Source: Bugula neritina (Eukaryota > Animalia > Bryozoa). From it: a stretch of 64,000 bases of DNA. The position numbers and the translations under genes are program-made. The notes under the pieces were generated by a model. It did no database searches. It saw only the letters and a program-made list of their open reading frames with translations, and had not been told where the DNA came from. Shown here one piece after another: positions 23,601 to 37,279 of this stretch. Within the stretch, counting starts at the first letter, position 1. Every line of letters begins with the position of its first letter. The stretch is taken from NCBI GenBank assembly GCA_964035545.1, contig OZ037768.1, positions 22,415,319 to 22,479,318 on the forward strand. Reading direction: 5' to 3'.

Positions 23601-25639
23601 ATCACCTTTTCAGGATATTAGCTTTGCGCCGGCTGCCGAGTTCTTCTGCTTCATCGGGGTGATGAGTTTCCTGTTGTGTATTGGCTATGTGATTGGCTAC
23701 ATCCTCTTCAGTGGAATGTTCGCCACCAAGAGCATGGCGTGCACAGTTGTAAGTTAATTCTCGGCATACTTAGTTGAACTTATTTGTGTTACTTCAAACT
23801 CTATTCCTCTATGGTTAGTATGCTTTAGACACCATATGTATTAGATACCAGCATATAAAGTCTCTGTAGTTTAAGATGGCTGATGCTTTGATTGTCCTCA
23901 TCTCTACCACCATCTGCCATTGCCAGCCACATCATCTAGTTAGATGTGTCGATCCTTTCACCAGTGAAGTTTCCTCTACACTCTGCTTACATAATTACTA
24001 GAAACAAAATTTGGCATGCTCGACTTGAAGATAAAAATCTCAAATTGTACATGCTCTAAACAAAAGTACCCAATTTACTCAACTATAAACCTGTTTTGAA
24101 CAAGTTGTTTTAACATCTAAATGTGAAAGGCTGGCCCCAGTTTTTGAAAAAAAGTTTTGAAAACACGTTTTGCAGCTGAAGACAACTCCAAGCATATATC
24201 AGAGATTAAAATCTAATACTTGAGTGAAAACCCTTCACTATTCCTCTTTATCAATACAATATTTCAGCCACCTTCCCTGGCAGTCGTGGTCTAGGGCTTA
24301 GTAAACACGAAGTCATGGGTTCGAACCCCGGTAAAGGCCATTGGTGATGTTAGGAAGAGCATCCAGTCATAATTGCTCCTGTGCCACATATGAATAAGTT
24401 CTTGGCCCATTTTAAAAAAGCACTCTTTCCATCAGGTGTTATCACAGGAATAGTGACTATCAACTTGCGTGAGTTTTAGTTCTGCCAGCTGTCCATCCAT
24501 ATAGTAGATAACCTGTCATGTGCTCTTCCAGGACTTTGTATTCTCTGCGGTATGGGCTGTGTTGTGGTTCATAGCCAGCTGTGCCTGGGCCGACCGACTC
24601 TCCTTTATGGGGGTTACCATGGACCCCTCTAATATTGCCGAAGACTTAAAGGAAGCTGGATACTGCCAGGGTACCATGGTGCTGGGTTGCTTTTCCGGGA
24701 CTCCTGGAAACCACGCTACTCTCATTGTTTCAGTGGTAAGTTGTTCTGGCATGTTCCGGCAAGTTCCAGATGGTGTTGTTTAGATAATTAGATATGATGA
24801 TGTATTTATTTTCCTAGTGTTTAATGTTGGCAGAAGATTTTACCCTGAGTTTACTTTTTCTAATCCAATAAAACTTGTTAGTGGTTGAAAATATCATGCT
24901 GATTATTGTTACTGGTGTGTATATAGTTAGTTATCTTATGGGATACCTATAAGGCTTGTTCTATCACTCATATCTTTAAGTTATTCTCCTGATACTACTT
25001 TCATAATAATCGTGTTATGAAATATGTTATATTTATGTGGTGTTTGTGACTTATGTGTTGGAAATTATTCTTGGAAAAGTCTTTTACTGTCTTTTTTCTT
25101 GAGTATTGATTTGTTTGTGGCATATTTAGATATTTGTTAATATTGAACCCTTAGGTTCTAGGGAGTTGTGTATGGGCACATATAGGGTAAAATCCCATTT
25201 TCATTGCAATTTAGCACAAACTGTTGCCATGCACTTAGTTTTCAATACATAATTTTGCTGTAAAATCACTTAGTTGCAGTTGTGACAGATCTTAATTGGT
25301 ATACAAAGGCCTAATGCCCTATTCAATAGAGCATATACATCATATAGCAGTCGTGTTAGTTGTGCTCTCTTGATTATTGTCACAATAAAGGAGACAATTC
25401 CTTATACAACTATTGATACCACTTCTCTGTATTAGACTTATTCCAACAATATGTTGCAGCTGTTTGGGTTTCTGAACTTCCTGGTTTGGGTCGCTGGTTT
25501 GTGGTTTCTGTTCAAAGAAACGAAATGGCACCGGGAGAGTTCGGATGACCTTGACAGGTTTGACGCCCCCAACCCTGCTGAGAGTAACACCGACTCCAGC
25601 TATCAATCAGCTCCTGGCACTGGAACAACAACTTATTAG
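20601..25639 (+). CDS. SYP: Synaptophysin/synaptoporin-family MARVEL membrane protein, 6 exons, 264 aa
   Basis: Exons 20601-20615, 22533-22595, 22975-23105, 23547-23748, 24532-24735, 25460-25639 join in frame (795 nt). Family motifs [77 protein letters not shown]. The paralogue name is uncertain. Confidence 0.9.
23385..23525. repeat. ~22-bp minisatellite (cagtcactct-containing) just upstream of a splice acceptor
   Basis: About 6 degenerate copies ending ~20 nt before the AG at 23545-23546. Confidence 0.8.
24279..24470 (+). mobile_element. tRNA-derived SINE, copy 1
   Basis: A-box-like gtggtctag, B-box ggttcgaaccc (24318-24328), then taaaggccattggtgatgttaggaagagcatccagtcata, shared with the copy at 41457-41635. 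Confidence 0.7.
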
Positions 25640-28355
25640 ACTTGGTTCCTCTTTCACGCCATCATGGAGAGCCGCAACAGCTTTACTTGCTCTCACAGAT
25701 TGATAGTCATTGTAAAAGAATGTCAAACTCAGTGTGACTGTCACAGTTAATAGTCACCACGGATGCTTATTTGTTGTAATGTTTCATTATAGATAATCCA
25801 ATCTGTACTCTATACATTTGTGAATCGTTAGTTAGAAATAAATCTCTAATATCTCTTTTAGCAGAAGACAATTTCTTCCAGCTCTGATGTTTGTATAAAG
25901 TTAGCTATGTTCTTGTTTTGTATGCATTTAAAGTTGCACAATTGCTTCTGGTAATTTCTATTCGATTGTTTTGCTTGATTTTTATATACATTGTCAATCT
26001 ATCTTTCTGTATTTAAGTTGTATGAGTAGTTATTATGACTGTAATGCCGTATAATATAAGCTAAAATTTTGTCTAATCAAACATAGACAGTTAGTTTTAT
26101 TTATATTTTATGGTGTCTTCTTAATTTTCAACAATAAAATCTAACTAATTTAAAGTTTATTGGTATAGACTTTCCTCTTGTTCATGGTGTTGTGATAGTT
26201 TACCAGTGAAATTAAAAAAAAGTTTCACTGTTATAATGTCATTTAATTCAAACCAATAACTAGGAAAATGGATGACTGCTTGTGTTTAATTGTTTCCTTT
26301 TATTACTATTTTTCACCACCAATAATATAGTTTCTAGTATTTATACATTGTAACCAATCATGAGCATATAGAATAGGACAATTGTGCTGTGTGCCTTTTT
26401 ATATAATCTCCAACCAGGTTAATGGTAGTCTCTGATGTACAATGTGTTATTTAGTTTACATTTTTTTTAAATGCCAAGACAATGATTGTGATAGAACTTT
26501 TCTATGTTTATTTCTTCAATTAGCTGTGGTGCACGAGGCACATACTACATGAGTAATAGGTGCAAAACTGCAGTTTTCTTCTTAAATGTAAATTCTATTG
26601 AAACTGCAACATACAAAATAGTGTGATCATAAAATAAAGCTGCATTTCAAACTTGAAAAAGTTGTATGAATCCAAGAATAACAATCAAAAATCTAACATG
26701 TGTCACATTAGACTATATAAGATAATCTTGGTGTAAGTTACCAGAGCAACTACTCATATATAATAGCTATCAGAAGCAAAAAAATTTATTTGCCTAAGTT
26801 TAACATTTTAAATCTTATTTTTTCCTAATTTGCATTTCATGAATTGCTATAACATCTAAAAATCATCTGCATTATATGCTGACAAATCTCCATGTTGTCT
26901 TTTAGTTTTCTGCACTTTGTTATAATAAAGTTGCGGATTTTCAATCTAATAAATGATTTAATTAGTCTATTGACAACAATTGTACATGTCAGAAAAATAA
27001 TTTATTCGACTTAGCATATCATGCATACTCCATGGCTATATATTTTTTAGTCTATCCTAATAGTCCAAATGTTTTAGGACTGTATTAATTCTCAAATTAT
27101 GTGTCATCAAATGATGACTTGAAATAATGTTTTAATTGAGAGATTTTTGTCTACAACTTTGTACATAAAACCCTGTGTTGATTTAAGTCAGTCAGTTTTA
27201 GCTGTTAAAGTAAAAACATTGTGTTGTGCAGCAAAACTTTAATGGTCAAAAGATTTGTCTCCTCTTGTCGAATGTAGCTCAATGACGCAGCGAACCCATT
27301 ACAAGATTTTTATAACTTAAAACACTGCCTTGAAAGATGAAAATTTAAAAAGTTCAACTCTTTCTTTCTGTAATAACTGCTAACGAGTATGCAAATAAAA
27401 AGGTAGAATAATTATTATATTTTCTGTAAAATTATCATAAAATTATCTGATTTATATTGTTATCAGCCTTGGGTATTGGCAAACTTAAGAGACAGAATTA
27501 TTCATAACTATAAGTATAACTGTCTATAACTATAAGTATTAGTATAACTATAAGTATAAGTATAAGTATAAGTATAAGATTATGAATAACTTAGAGTTAG
27601 TCTTACTCTTAGTCTTATACTTATACTTATAGTTAATGTTATAGTTATACTATAAGTTAAAGTATTAACTATTAATATTATTAATATTTGCATTCTGATT
27701 CAGTGATTCACTGATACTGTTTTGCATTGTGATTGTGGTTGTAGTTAACTCAAAGTATTTTGTACAGATATCTAATACTAATACAGTAATAGTAATACTA
27801 ATAGTTATAGTAATACTAATACTAATAATAATACTAATTTAGTAATTGTAATACTAATTTAGTAATTGTAATACTAATAGTAATACTAATTGAGACCAAA
27901 ATTGAAACATTATTATTAAATTTAATGTGAACATCAATATACCTATCAGTATCACAGGTTTACCTTGCTTATATTTATAAGTTATAACTATCAGTATGGC
28001 TGTAGTGTTACTATATCTATGACTATCATTATGATTCTCAGTATCAAATTCAGTATGACATTTGTGCTTATAATTCACAAGAAATAAATTAAATAAACTA
28101 ACATTAAGTGAGTTTAACTGCCTGCAACTCAAAAAGTTGGAATTTAAAATAATATAGTTGTTATAACTTCTACTAAAAAATCAGGTTTTCAATTAATATT
28201 TTAGATTACATTTTATTTGTTTAACAGCTGTTATGACAGCTAAAGTTATCAATCAATTTTATGACGGCATTTTTGTTGATTTTAGCTAAAATAAGTATAA
28301 ATACTTATGACAGTATAACTATAAGAAGAAGCTGTAAAATACTACAAACATCATT

Positions 28356-31300
28356 ATGTCAAGCTACTTGCTGAATTCTTCAATTATCAAAAGAGAAGAT
28401 CAGCAACTGCATGACCGAGACATTTTCTATGATTCCGTACAACAAGTAGTTTCACCATCTTCAGTTCAAGTAAGATTTAGCAGGTCTCAATATTTTGTCT
28501 CAATTGAATAAAAGTTGACTAAAATAAATTTAATATACAATTTCCAAGTGATTTAGTTATTTTTTGGTAGATAAGCAATGGCTGAACTGATTTACTAAAT
28601 TAGTCAAAGCCTACACTAGTTGTAGTCCTATTATTCAGAATTATTTCAATAATGAATGAATGTATCAATTGGTTTTCAGTTTTAGCTGGCTATAGACTGA
28701 TATGTTGTAAAACATGATATATATTTGGTTTAGAGAAGTGCCAGCCCAGCTGTACAGCAAAGTGGTGCTCAGTCTATGAGAACACCATCACCAGACTCTA
28801 TAGAGCAAGCACTACTGAAACCGTCTTATCATGAAAAATGTCGAGCATTAACTTCAGCATTGTCCGGGAATTTAAATATCAGAGTAAGTGAACCAATCAT
28901 AGACTGTCGCCTGACTTGGCTGCGATGTGTACCACATAACCAGTTCCGTTGTGTTGTAGAGTATCCAGCATCAATACCCGATCATTGTGCAGAAGATATT
29001 TGGCTTTGAGCAGTATCCACCTGGATGGAGGATAGAGGTGACTCATAAATTGAAGTCCAAGAGAGACAGTGATGCAGTACTCGCTTTCCTCCACCCCACC
29101 GGCCCTCTGTTCACTCACGTTATATACAAGTTACTAGCCGAGGCTGTTGTCTTCGAGTTTCCTTACAACTGTCTTCCCGTGAGTTTGCTAGTTGGCAAAA
29201 CTTTACCTCTTTGTAAAAAGAACTTTTAGACCAGCCAAGTGTTAGAAGGCCAATATTTCAGGCTAACTGGGCAGGGGAGGTATTTTTTCACCACTGCTAT
29301 GAGCAGCTGTACAAGTAAGTCTGATATTTGTTGGATGTGCGATAAAGTATTACTGACCAATGAGACGGTACTAAAGCAATGTATAGACTCAGTTGTTTAT
29401 CTACAGGGAGCTACAAAGAAGAGGGTGGAGGAAAGGTTACCTCTTCCTGAGCTATACAATGGTAAACTAGTGCCTGGCCACACCTCTCAGCCTGTTGTAC
29501 TACTCGGTATGATGAGATACTTGTGTTTATGTAATACCAGTACTATGATTAGTATATGTGTGTACACATGTGATGCTGTTGCTATGACAATAATTTATGT
29601 GTACACATGTAATACCAATACTTTGATGAGATCATATATTTTACCCTCAATAAATATATATGTAGTATATACTATAATGTCTGTGTGCTGATATGCTTAT
29701 ATGTTTTCTAACAGACATTATCGTTGGCTTTAAATAATATTTTTGCCTCAATAAGCAAAGCAAAGAGAAAGTTTTATTGACATGCTGTAGCATAAGGATG
29801 TGTAATAATGATATAGTTTTGCGTTTCAATAATCAAATTAGTTGCTGTTGTAGTTAGAGGTTTTACGATGTTGTTTTGTTAATATTATTTCGATATTGGC
29901 CTGGTTTTAGATGCATTTGAATACTATTTCTTCGTATTTGCTCACAAGATGGTCAGTTCATCAACAAAGGTAAGATAACTCTTATTTTCTCTCTAGTATC
30001 CAATCGCCAGAAATATTCTTTCTTTGTACTGCTTGTGCTGTGAAAGGTTCATGTTTATAGTGGCCATTTTGCTTTAATCATTCAATTGCGTAGGTTTTGT
30101 GTAAATTTTGTAGTATTATTGTAAATGTGGTAGTGTTAGTGTAAATGTGGTAGTGTTAGTGTAAATGTGGTAGTGTTAGTGTAAATGTGGTAGTATTAGT
30201 CTATTTTGCTATAAGTTTTCGAGTAACAAAAACTGGTTATGCATTTCATTAAGTTCTGATTCAATGAAGAAGTAATGGATCCATAGATTTGTTATCTGCA
30301 ATGAGTAGATGTCATATTATCTGGTTGCAGGCACAAGAGTTGTATTTAGAGCCATCTGATTGGCTGTATCCCACACTGCTAGATACTTATCTCCAGTATT
30401 TCCTCCCCAAGACGGGCATACCAGACGCCGTCCCCAACTTACCTGTCAGTAACAAACACCCCCAGTCACCTCTCAATACTCCAAGGTAGTCTGGATTGTG
30501 TTGCTCTATGTTCTGTAGTATATTACTTTACTTACTGGGGTATCATGTTGTAGTACACTGTAGTACACACTGTAGTACACACTGTAGTAGACACTGTAGT
30601 GTACACTGTAGTAGGCACTGTAGTAGATAGTGTAGTACACACTGTAGTAGACGCTGTAATACACACTGTTGTTGTGTAGAATACAGACTCCTCTCTCAAG
30701 ACGTCTCGGCCTTGGGCTGCTCAAACAAACCACCCCTCAGTTCTCCCGATCTCTCAGCTCACAACACCACACTCAGGACAGTAATGTTGATGGAGACATC
30801 ATGTGGCGGTCGGAGAGGATTGTGCAGGTATTGTCACTACCTCCACTTCCTAGTTTCTCTCTAGACGTGTTGTAGTGTATAACGTAGCTACACTTGCATC
30901 TGTATTCTGAACCATCTCCTATAATAAATATGTATTTACAGTATAGCTATGATGTGTTTACACTGTTTTATCGATTATAGTATATTTATACTAGGAAATT
31001 ATGTGCAAAAGGCATTGTTAAATGTTGTTTAGAGATGTTTTATAGTATTAGCTGTTTCACTCTGAATATTTCCACAGATACTTGCTGAGTTTTGGATGGG
31101 GCAGACAAGTCTGGACTTGTCGACGTCAACTGACTTTAGATTTTCAGCTTCTGTAAGTTCATTGAATCTTTCATGAATGTCTGTTTTAAACAGAGGGGAT
31201 ACAGGAGGGCAACCTGTAGTAGGGGGGCGGGGTGAGAGGGTAGAAGAAACAACCTATATTACATTTTGATATTATACTGGGGGATTTAGCTACTTAGTTC

Positions 31301-34300
31301 AAATAATCTTAATTTCACATCCTACGTTGAAGGCTTGATGTAAATAAAACTGGAATTCAATTCACCGCTCATACAGTTTAAGATGTTACTCACCACCACC
31401 AATACAGTTACATAGCAACTGCAATATTTCATAATCACACGGTTGTCAACAGTATTTCTATTGTCTTCATAGCCCGGTTTCCCAGCTGCTAGCCTGCCTA
31501 ATACTGCAATGTATTCGGGTACGGCCCTCATAGACTTGTTCTATCCAGTGAGTTACTCAGACAAATGTGTTTGTCTTTTGTTTTTCTCTGTGGCATGAAT
31601 ATTTGTTGTGTTGAGCACAGCATGAGTTTCTAGCATGTCCTGGAATGTTCTAGAATCTGTGTGTACCATATCAACATAAGGAGTCGTCTTTCAGATTTTT
31701 AGAACTGCTTAATTGCCGTCATTTTTATTAAGGATTAATATATAAAACATTGTTTGAAAAGTTTTTCATTACTTTTTTTAATAAACTGCATACATATTTC
31801 AAATAATAGTTATTTCTGGAATAATCTGAATTAGTTTGTCTGTACTGTACCTTTTCTCCCAACCGAGGCTCTAATACTGTGTGTAAAAGTTGGTTTTTGT
31901 CTAATCAGTCGTCTTCTCTTGTCTTTTTGTTCCACTCTATTACTACACTCAATGCACAGTGTCTGTATAATATGTTGTATACTTTGTTGAGATTTATCTT
32001 TATATTCTGCTTTTAATAAAATAATGTTATAGCCTACTGCCATATTTTTTATACTTACAATCTTTTCTCTAAAGCATCTAGTGCATGCTCATAGTTTGTT
32101 AGCCTCGATAGCCTAGTGGTTGAATCATGAATCCTGTTTTAGTTTATATATTATTATTATATAACACATTAGAATGTGTGTAATATATTATAATATAATA
32201 TATTATAACATGTATGATGTTATATGTTACTATTATTATCTATGTGTTATTATATACTGTGTTAGCCTGGAGATACTCTCCCCAGCCATGACCTGATAAT
32301 GTTGGTAAGAATGCTGATCAAACACCTGCACATGTTTGTCAACACCTGTGACAGCAACCCGCTGCCTAGTCATCAGCAAAACCCTCAGACTACTCTCGGC
32401 TCATTGAAGAAGTGAGTCCTTCAACACTTAATACTCTTTCAACACTTTATGCTCTTTCAACACTTTATACTCTTCAACACTTTATACTCTTTCAACACTT
32501 TATACTCCTTCAATACTTCATACTATTTAATTATCATAAATCTACAATTTTATACAAGATTATTGCTATCTTTATCATGTGTATTTCATAGATTGCTGGT
32601 ACCAAGATATATACAGAAACCTCTCTATGCATTTCTCAAGCACTCTATAGAGAAATGGCCCTTGGATACGTCCTTTAGACCAATATTAGAGACGTGGCTG
32701 ACCTTTATTCAACCTTGGAGATACACGGTTAATGCTACTGGTAGTGGAGACGAATCCAAAATCAATATTGATGACTTTATGCGGTTGTGGTTAGTTTTTT
32801 TTACAAATTGTCAAAGTTTCGGAGATGCAAGCAATCACGATAACTTGTAGAGCATATGTTTTGACACAAGTGGTATTGTTGGAATAGTTAATTTTAGTTT
32901 TGAAATAATAAAAGGCTCAGGAATAATTTTGGGTCATTTGCACTAATAAAAAGCAACTGATAGATGAATGTAGCCATACACTGGTACCTACTGGTTTAGA
33001 AGGATATAGTTAACCAATATACTAGTTTATTATACTCAGCTGTGTATAGCTCCTGCTAGTGTTGTCTTGTGTTTACAGGGAAGGCTTTGTGAGGCCGAAT
33101 TCACTGTTCTACACCGTCATCCTTCAAGACGTGCTTTCCCGATTTTCCCGAATAGATCTGTCGTCATCTAAGATGGCGTTCCAACTTCACAGAGTGTGCA
33201 AAGTGCTGAATATAGACGAGCTCATGTCAATACTCAAAGACGGTGCGTGAGGGTGGCGTAATTCTAATTAATAATAATACTAGTTACCCTCATGGGGTTT
33301 GACCCACAAATCTCTCGAATACTTTGCCCTCGTTCTTAACTGTCTTGCTACTGATAGAGTGAGGCTGTTCTGGTATATTTAGAGACGTCTTTTTTGTAAA
33401 AGCTGGGAGTGATTAGAGATTATGTTGAGTTCACAGTTTTGTTTTAAGAGCTGTCGAATAAATTAGGAGTTATCTATCCTATGTCATGTGTTGGTATTCC
33501 CACTAAACGTATTCACTTACCTCCTATGGTTTTACATAGTTGATATTAGCGTGTCGGCGAGCCTTTACCCCTACCCTGAGCTACACACTACAGGCCTGTA
33601 TACCACAGGCTACGGTGATCTCACTGAGGGGCACGTGGGAGACGCCCAGTCACTGCTCCTCTCTCAAATATCAAATTTGGAGTCGCCTCTCTTTGACTAC
33701 CGACCTTTGTTCAGCGACGAGGTGTTGTACCAGGTAACCTACTTTCTAATGTATATACTTACCTATGTATTTACACTGTATATACTTACCTATGTATTTA
33801 CACTGTATATACTTACCTATGTATTTACACTGTATTTACTTACCTATGTATCTACACTGTATGTACTTACATATCTACATTGTATATACTTACCTATTTA
33901 TCTACACTGTGTATACTTACATATCTACACTGTATATACTTGCATATCTACCCTATATGTACTTACATTGTATGTATCTACACCTTGTATACTTACACTG
34001 GTTATATACTTACCTATGTACACTGTATATAGTTACTTATCTACGCTGTATATATACTAACATATCTATATAGATAAATATACTTTCTTATTTACATTGT
34101 ATATATTTCTATACCTACGCTCTATGTACAAATTCTCATTGCGTATATTTCTGCATCTACATTATATGCATTTTATACTTACAATGCATACTTACATACT
34201 TGAATATTTAAACTATATTTTCTTAATTATCTACAATGAGTAAACTTATATATCGATTAAAATTTGTAGGTTCGAATATTGCTCCAAGAAATGGCGAATG

Positions 34301-37168
34301 CACATCTTCGTATTAAAACCCTCAAGCAATCTTTACAGAGCAAGCAGTCAGCCAATCAGAACAGTTCTATCTTGTCTTTTATTGGTAAAATGATGATACG
34401 TAATGTTCTTTTTGTAACACAATCAACATTATGCAAAATATGGTATTGCATTCATAGACGAAGGTGGCTAAAATTCTTACTTTTCGATCATTTTTGGGGT
34501 GTAAACAAACAGCTAGCAAAGTGTGTCATGTGAAAACAGCTAGTACACCTTTTCCTTGTGTGAACTGTAAACATGTATTCTACAATGTAGGACGCCCAAC
34601 AATGTTATTAATGTACGACTTGCATCAACATAACATAAAGTCAGTCATCCTCTGTTTAAACTGAATGAGTTTCAATTTCCAACTCTGATACTAAACAGAC
34701 CTTTCAGTTGTGTTCTGTAAACTCTTAGGTCTGGGGACCATATCGGAGTTCAACGATGCACAGACCTCTGCAGATAATAAAGAGTATTCATTGGCTGAGA
34801 AATGGCTAGAGACATCAATAGCTGACCTCTCCAACATGTTGAGATTACCAGTAAGTTTGCTTGACGTGTGGGAAACACATTATATATGCTGTCATGTTGT
34901 GAGATGTATGATAGTTTACCATGCGTCAGTTACTTAGCTGGTCAAGTTAGTTACCTAACTGTTCGAGTCAGTTACCTAGCTGGTCAAGTTAGTTACCTAG
35001 CTGGTCAAGTCAGTTACCTAGCTGGTCAAGTCAGTTACCTAGTTAGTCAAGTCAGTTACCTAGCTGGTCAAGTCAGTTACTTAGCTGGTCAAGTCAGTTA
35101 CCTAGTTTTTCCTGCTTATTTAGTTGATATTTGCTTATGTTTTTTTATGATGTCATTTCTTTTGACCAAACATCTGTAAGCTTTTCATTCACTGGCTAAG
35201 GTTGTTATTGGACAGGTGTTTATAAGTTGAGTTTCTTCTTTCACTTTTAAACATTGGTTAATGATGGCCGAGTATATCACCATCACTGCTACAATGACAA
35301 CGAAAAAGATTTTCACAACTAAAACAGGAATTCAGACACCTTAGCTAATCAGAGAGAAAGTAACTCCTACTCACTCTACTATGTTACACACAGGTACCAG
35401 AGGCAGCGACGTGCAGTTCTACAGAGTCCATGTCTGGCAGCGGTTCTGACACTCTCCCAGATCACATAGCGAAAGCTGACGGACGTGTTGAGTTGACAGC
35501 GCTGGGCAGATATCAGGTAATGTCAGGTCTATGTGTGTGTTTCTTTTGGCAGGTTTGTTGTAAGAGGAGGCGGTAAAGCTTTTCTGTTTTATAATAACAT
35601 CAACTCCTTTCCTTCTCTTTTGCTCCTTACTACTGACACTTAATGAATCCTCTACATGTTGCATTTATGCATATTCATATATGTCTTAGCTATTATCTAC
35701 AGACTGTTTGAGGGTTGTATGACCAAACAATTTTGCCTTACAATAAATTTTGTGCTCATCCTGATAGCGTGCCAGTTCGTTATTATAAAACAAAGTTGTT
35801 TGGGCAAACAATTCTCAAACAGTCTGTAGGTGATAACTAAGATATGTATGAATATTTTTACCTAGACTTTAGACTTGACGCGCCCATTGTGTGTGTTTTT
35901 AGGTTCTAAATGGACTGAGAAAATTCCAGAACATTGAGTATCAGTGTGACCCTGAGCTCCAGCCTGTTAGGTCGTATGAGTCAGATATCGGGGTCATTCA
36001 ACTCTATAAACTCTCTTGTGCAATTAATAAAAAGGTGAGCTTTTCTCTGATAACATGAGGCTTTGTGAAAAAAATTGTATTAATATTTTAATACAAAATT
36101 ATTGTAATTTTGATCACTTGACCGTTTTCAAAAAAAATTAAGTAAGGAAATGGTGGGTTGAATAAAAAGTATTCTATCCAAGTACAAATCTTTGCTGTAT
36201 TTTGTAGTTGTCTTCCCTTTTAATAAACTACTGCTGAAGAGAGAAATGAATTCTATTTTAAAACCCCACTGAGCATCTTTAGAGAGTTTTAAAATTACTG
36301 AATTTAGCACTAGAAAACTTCTGTTGTGAGAATGCATGATGTGTGGTTAAAATCTTCTGTATTCATATACATTAGCAGCCTTTATTCTGGCCACGATCAA
36401 ACTTTTTAGTTTATAGGCAGTAAATAAAACAAGCAAAGTTTGTTTAATTGTTTTGTTACACAACCCATACTATAGACATTTGCTTGAAGAAATGTGTGAC
36501 TTGGATTGAAATGAAGCAGTTCTCTGGGAAATCATTTTTTAACTCCAATTAAATGAAAAGGAGAAAAATTCCATGACTTTAGCCAATGCTGTAAAATTTT
36601 GCAAATTTATTAAGTAGGTGTATATTTACTTTTGTTCAAAATTGATGGTGCAGTTGTGCAACAATTTAGGTATAAGATACAGTAATATAAAGGTGAAAAG
36701 TCACTTGTAACCCCCCCACTCCCCCCCCCCACTTCCCCAACTGCCTTTACATAGAAAGAAGTGCTGCATAGTCTTGTATCATAATCTTCAGTTCTTTATG
36801 GCTCACACTTCAGCTAATTATTTAGAATTATGTTTTGGATAAGACAACTCCTTCATCATATAATATGTTTGTAGTATGGTGAATGGTTTGCCCAGCAGTG
36901 TAATAATGATGGACTAATCGGATACATGGCCCGCAGACTACTCAACAAGCCCTCGAAGTCATCATCAACCCTTTCCGAATACCCGCGTCTGAGTCTCAGA
37001 TTCATGGCTAATTACTATTTCTTAGGCTATGGCTTCTTAGGTTATTTATTTATGTCCAGCATGCTGGGTAGGCTGCCAGCTGTTGTCATAGCAACGATGC
37101 TCTTCCTGCTCTACATAGTCATCATGGCAGCTGTTGATATGGCCAAAGGTACTCGTTGGAATGATTGA
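28356..37168 (+). CDS. SMPD4: Sphingomyelin phosphodiesterase 4 (neutral sphingomyelinase 3) homolog, 17 exons, 835 aa
   Basis: Exons 28356-28469, 28734-28883, 28960-29178, 29407-29506, 29911-29969, 30331-30485, 30680-30827, 31078-31152, 32266-32411, 32592-32789, 33079-33242, 33540-33733, 34270-34384, 34729-34850, 35394-35516, 35903-36034, 36875-37168 join in frame (2508 nt). Motifs [80 protein letters not shown] plus a C-terminal hydrophobic anchor. The first exon is less certain (alternative ATG at 28776). Confidence 0.92.
30113..30200. repeat. 20-bp minisatellite (gtaaatgtggtagtgttagt), ~4 copies
   Basis: Direct tandem copies in an SMPD4 intron. Confidence 0.9.
30547..30670. repeat. 12-bp minisatellite (acactgtagtac-like) abutting a splice acceptor
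   Basis: About 10 copies, most containing tgtAG, ending ~9 nt before the used acceptor at 30678-30679. Confidence 0.85.
32419..32522. repeat. 18-19-bp minisatellite (ttcaacactttatactc-containing) just after a donor
   Basis: About 5-6 copies starting ~8 nt after the GT at 32412. Confidence 0.85.
33749..34200. repeat. 27-bp minisatellite (tgtatatacttacctatgtatttacac) decaying rightwards
   Basis: Begins ~15 nt after the donor at 33734; explains the MYLHCIYLP-repeat ORFs. Confidence 0.9.
34926..35106. repeat. 21-bp minisatellite (gtcagttacctagctggtcaa), ~8.5 copies
   Basis: Direct tandem copies; each carries a donor-like AA|GTCAGT or AA|GTTAGT. Confidence 0.92.
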
Positions 37169-37273
37169 GAAGGTCCAGTTCCTTGTCAACATTAGAACTA
37201 CGAACAATTACATTTTAACAAAAATAACAGTTTCGTAACTTTTTTAGTATCGTATTCTGTCGACTGAAATGAG

Positions 37274-37279
37274 AATAAA
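37274..37279 (+). other. Candidate polyadenylation signal of SMPD4
   Basis: First AATAAA ~105 nt after the stop. Confidence 0.45.

Noticed and set aside
33734-34073. Tyr/Leu-rich repetitive ORFs ([18 protein letters not shown])
   Set aside because: Read-through of a 27-bp intronic minisatellite after the SMPD4 donor.
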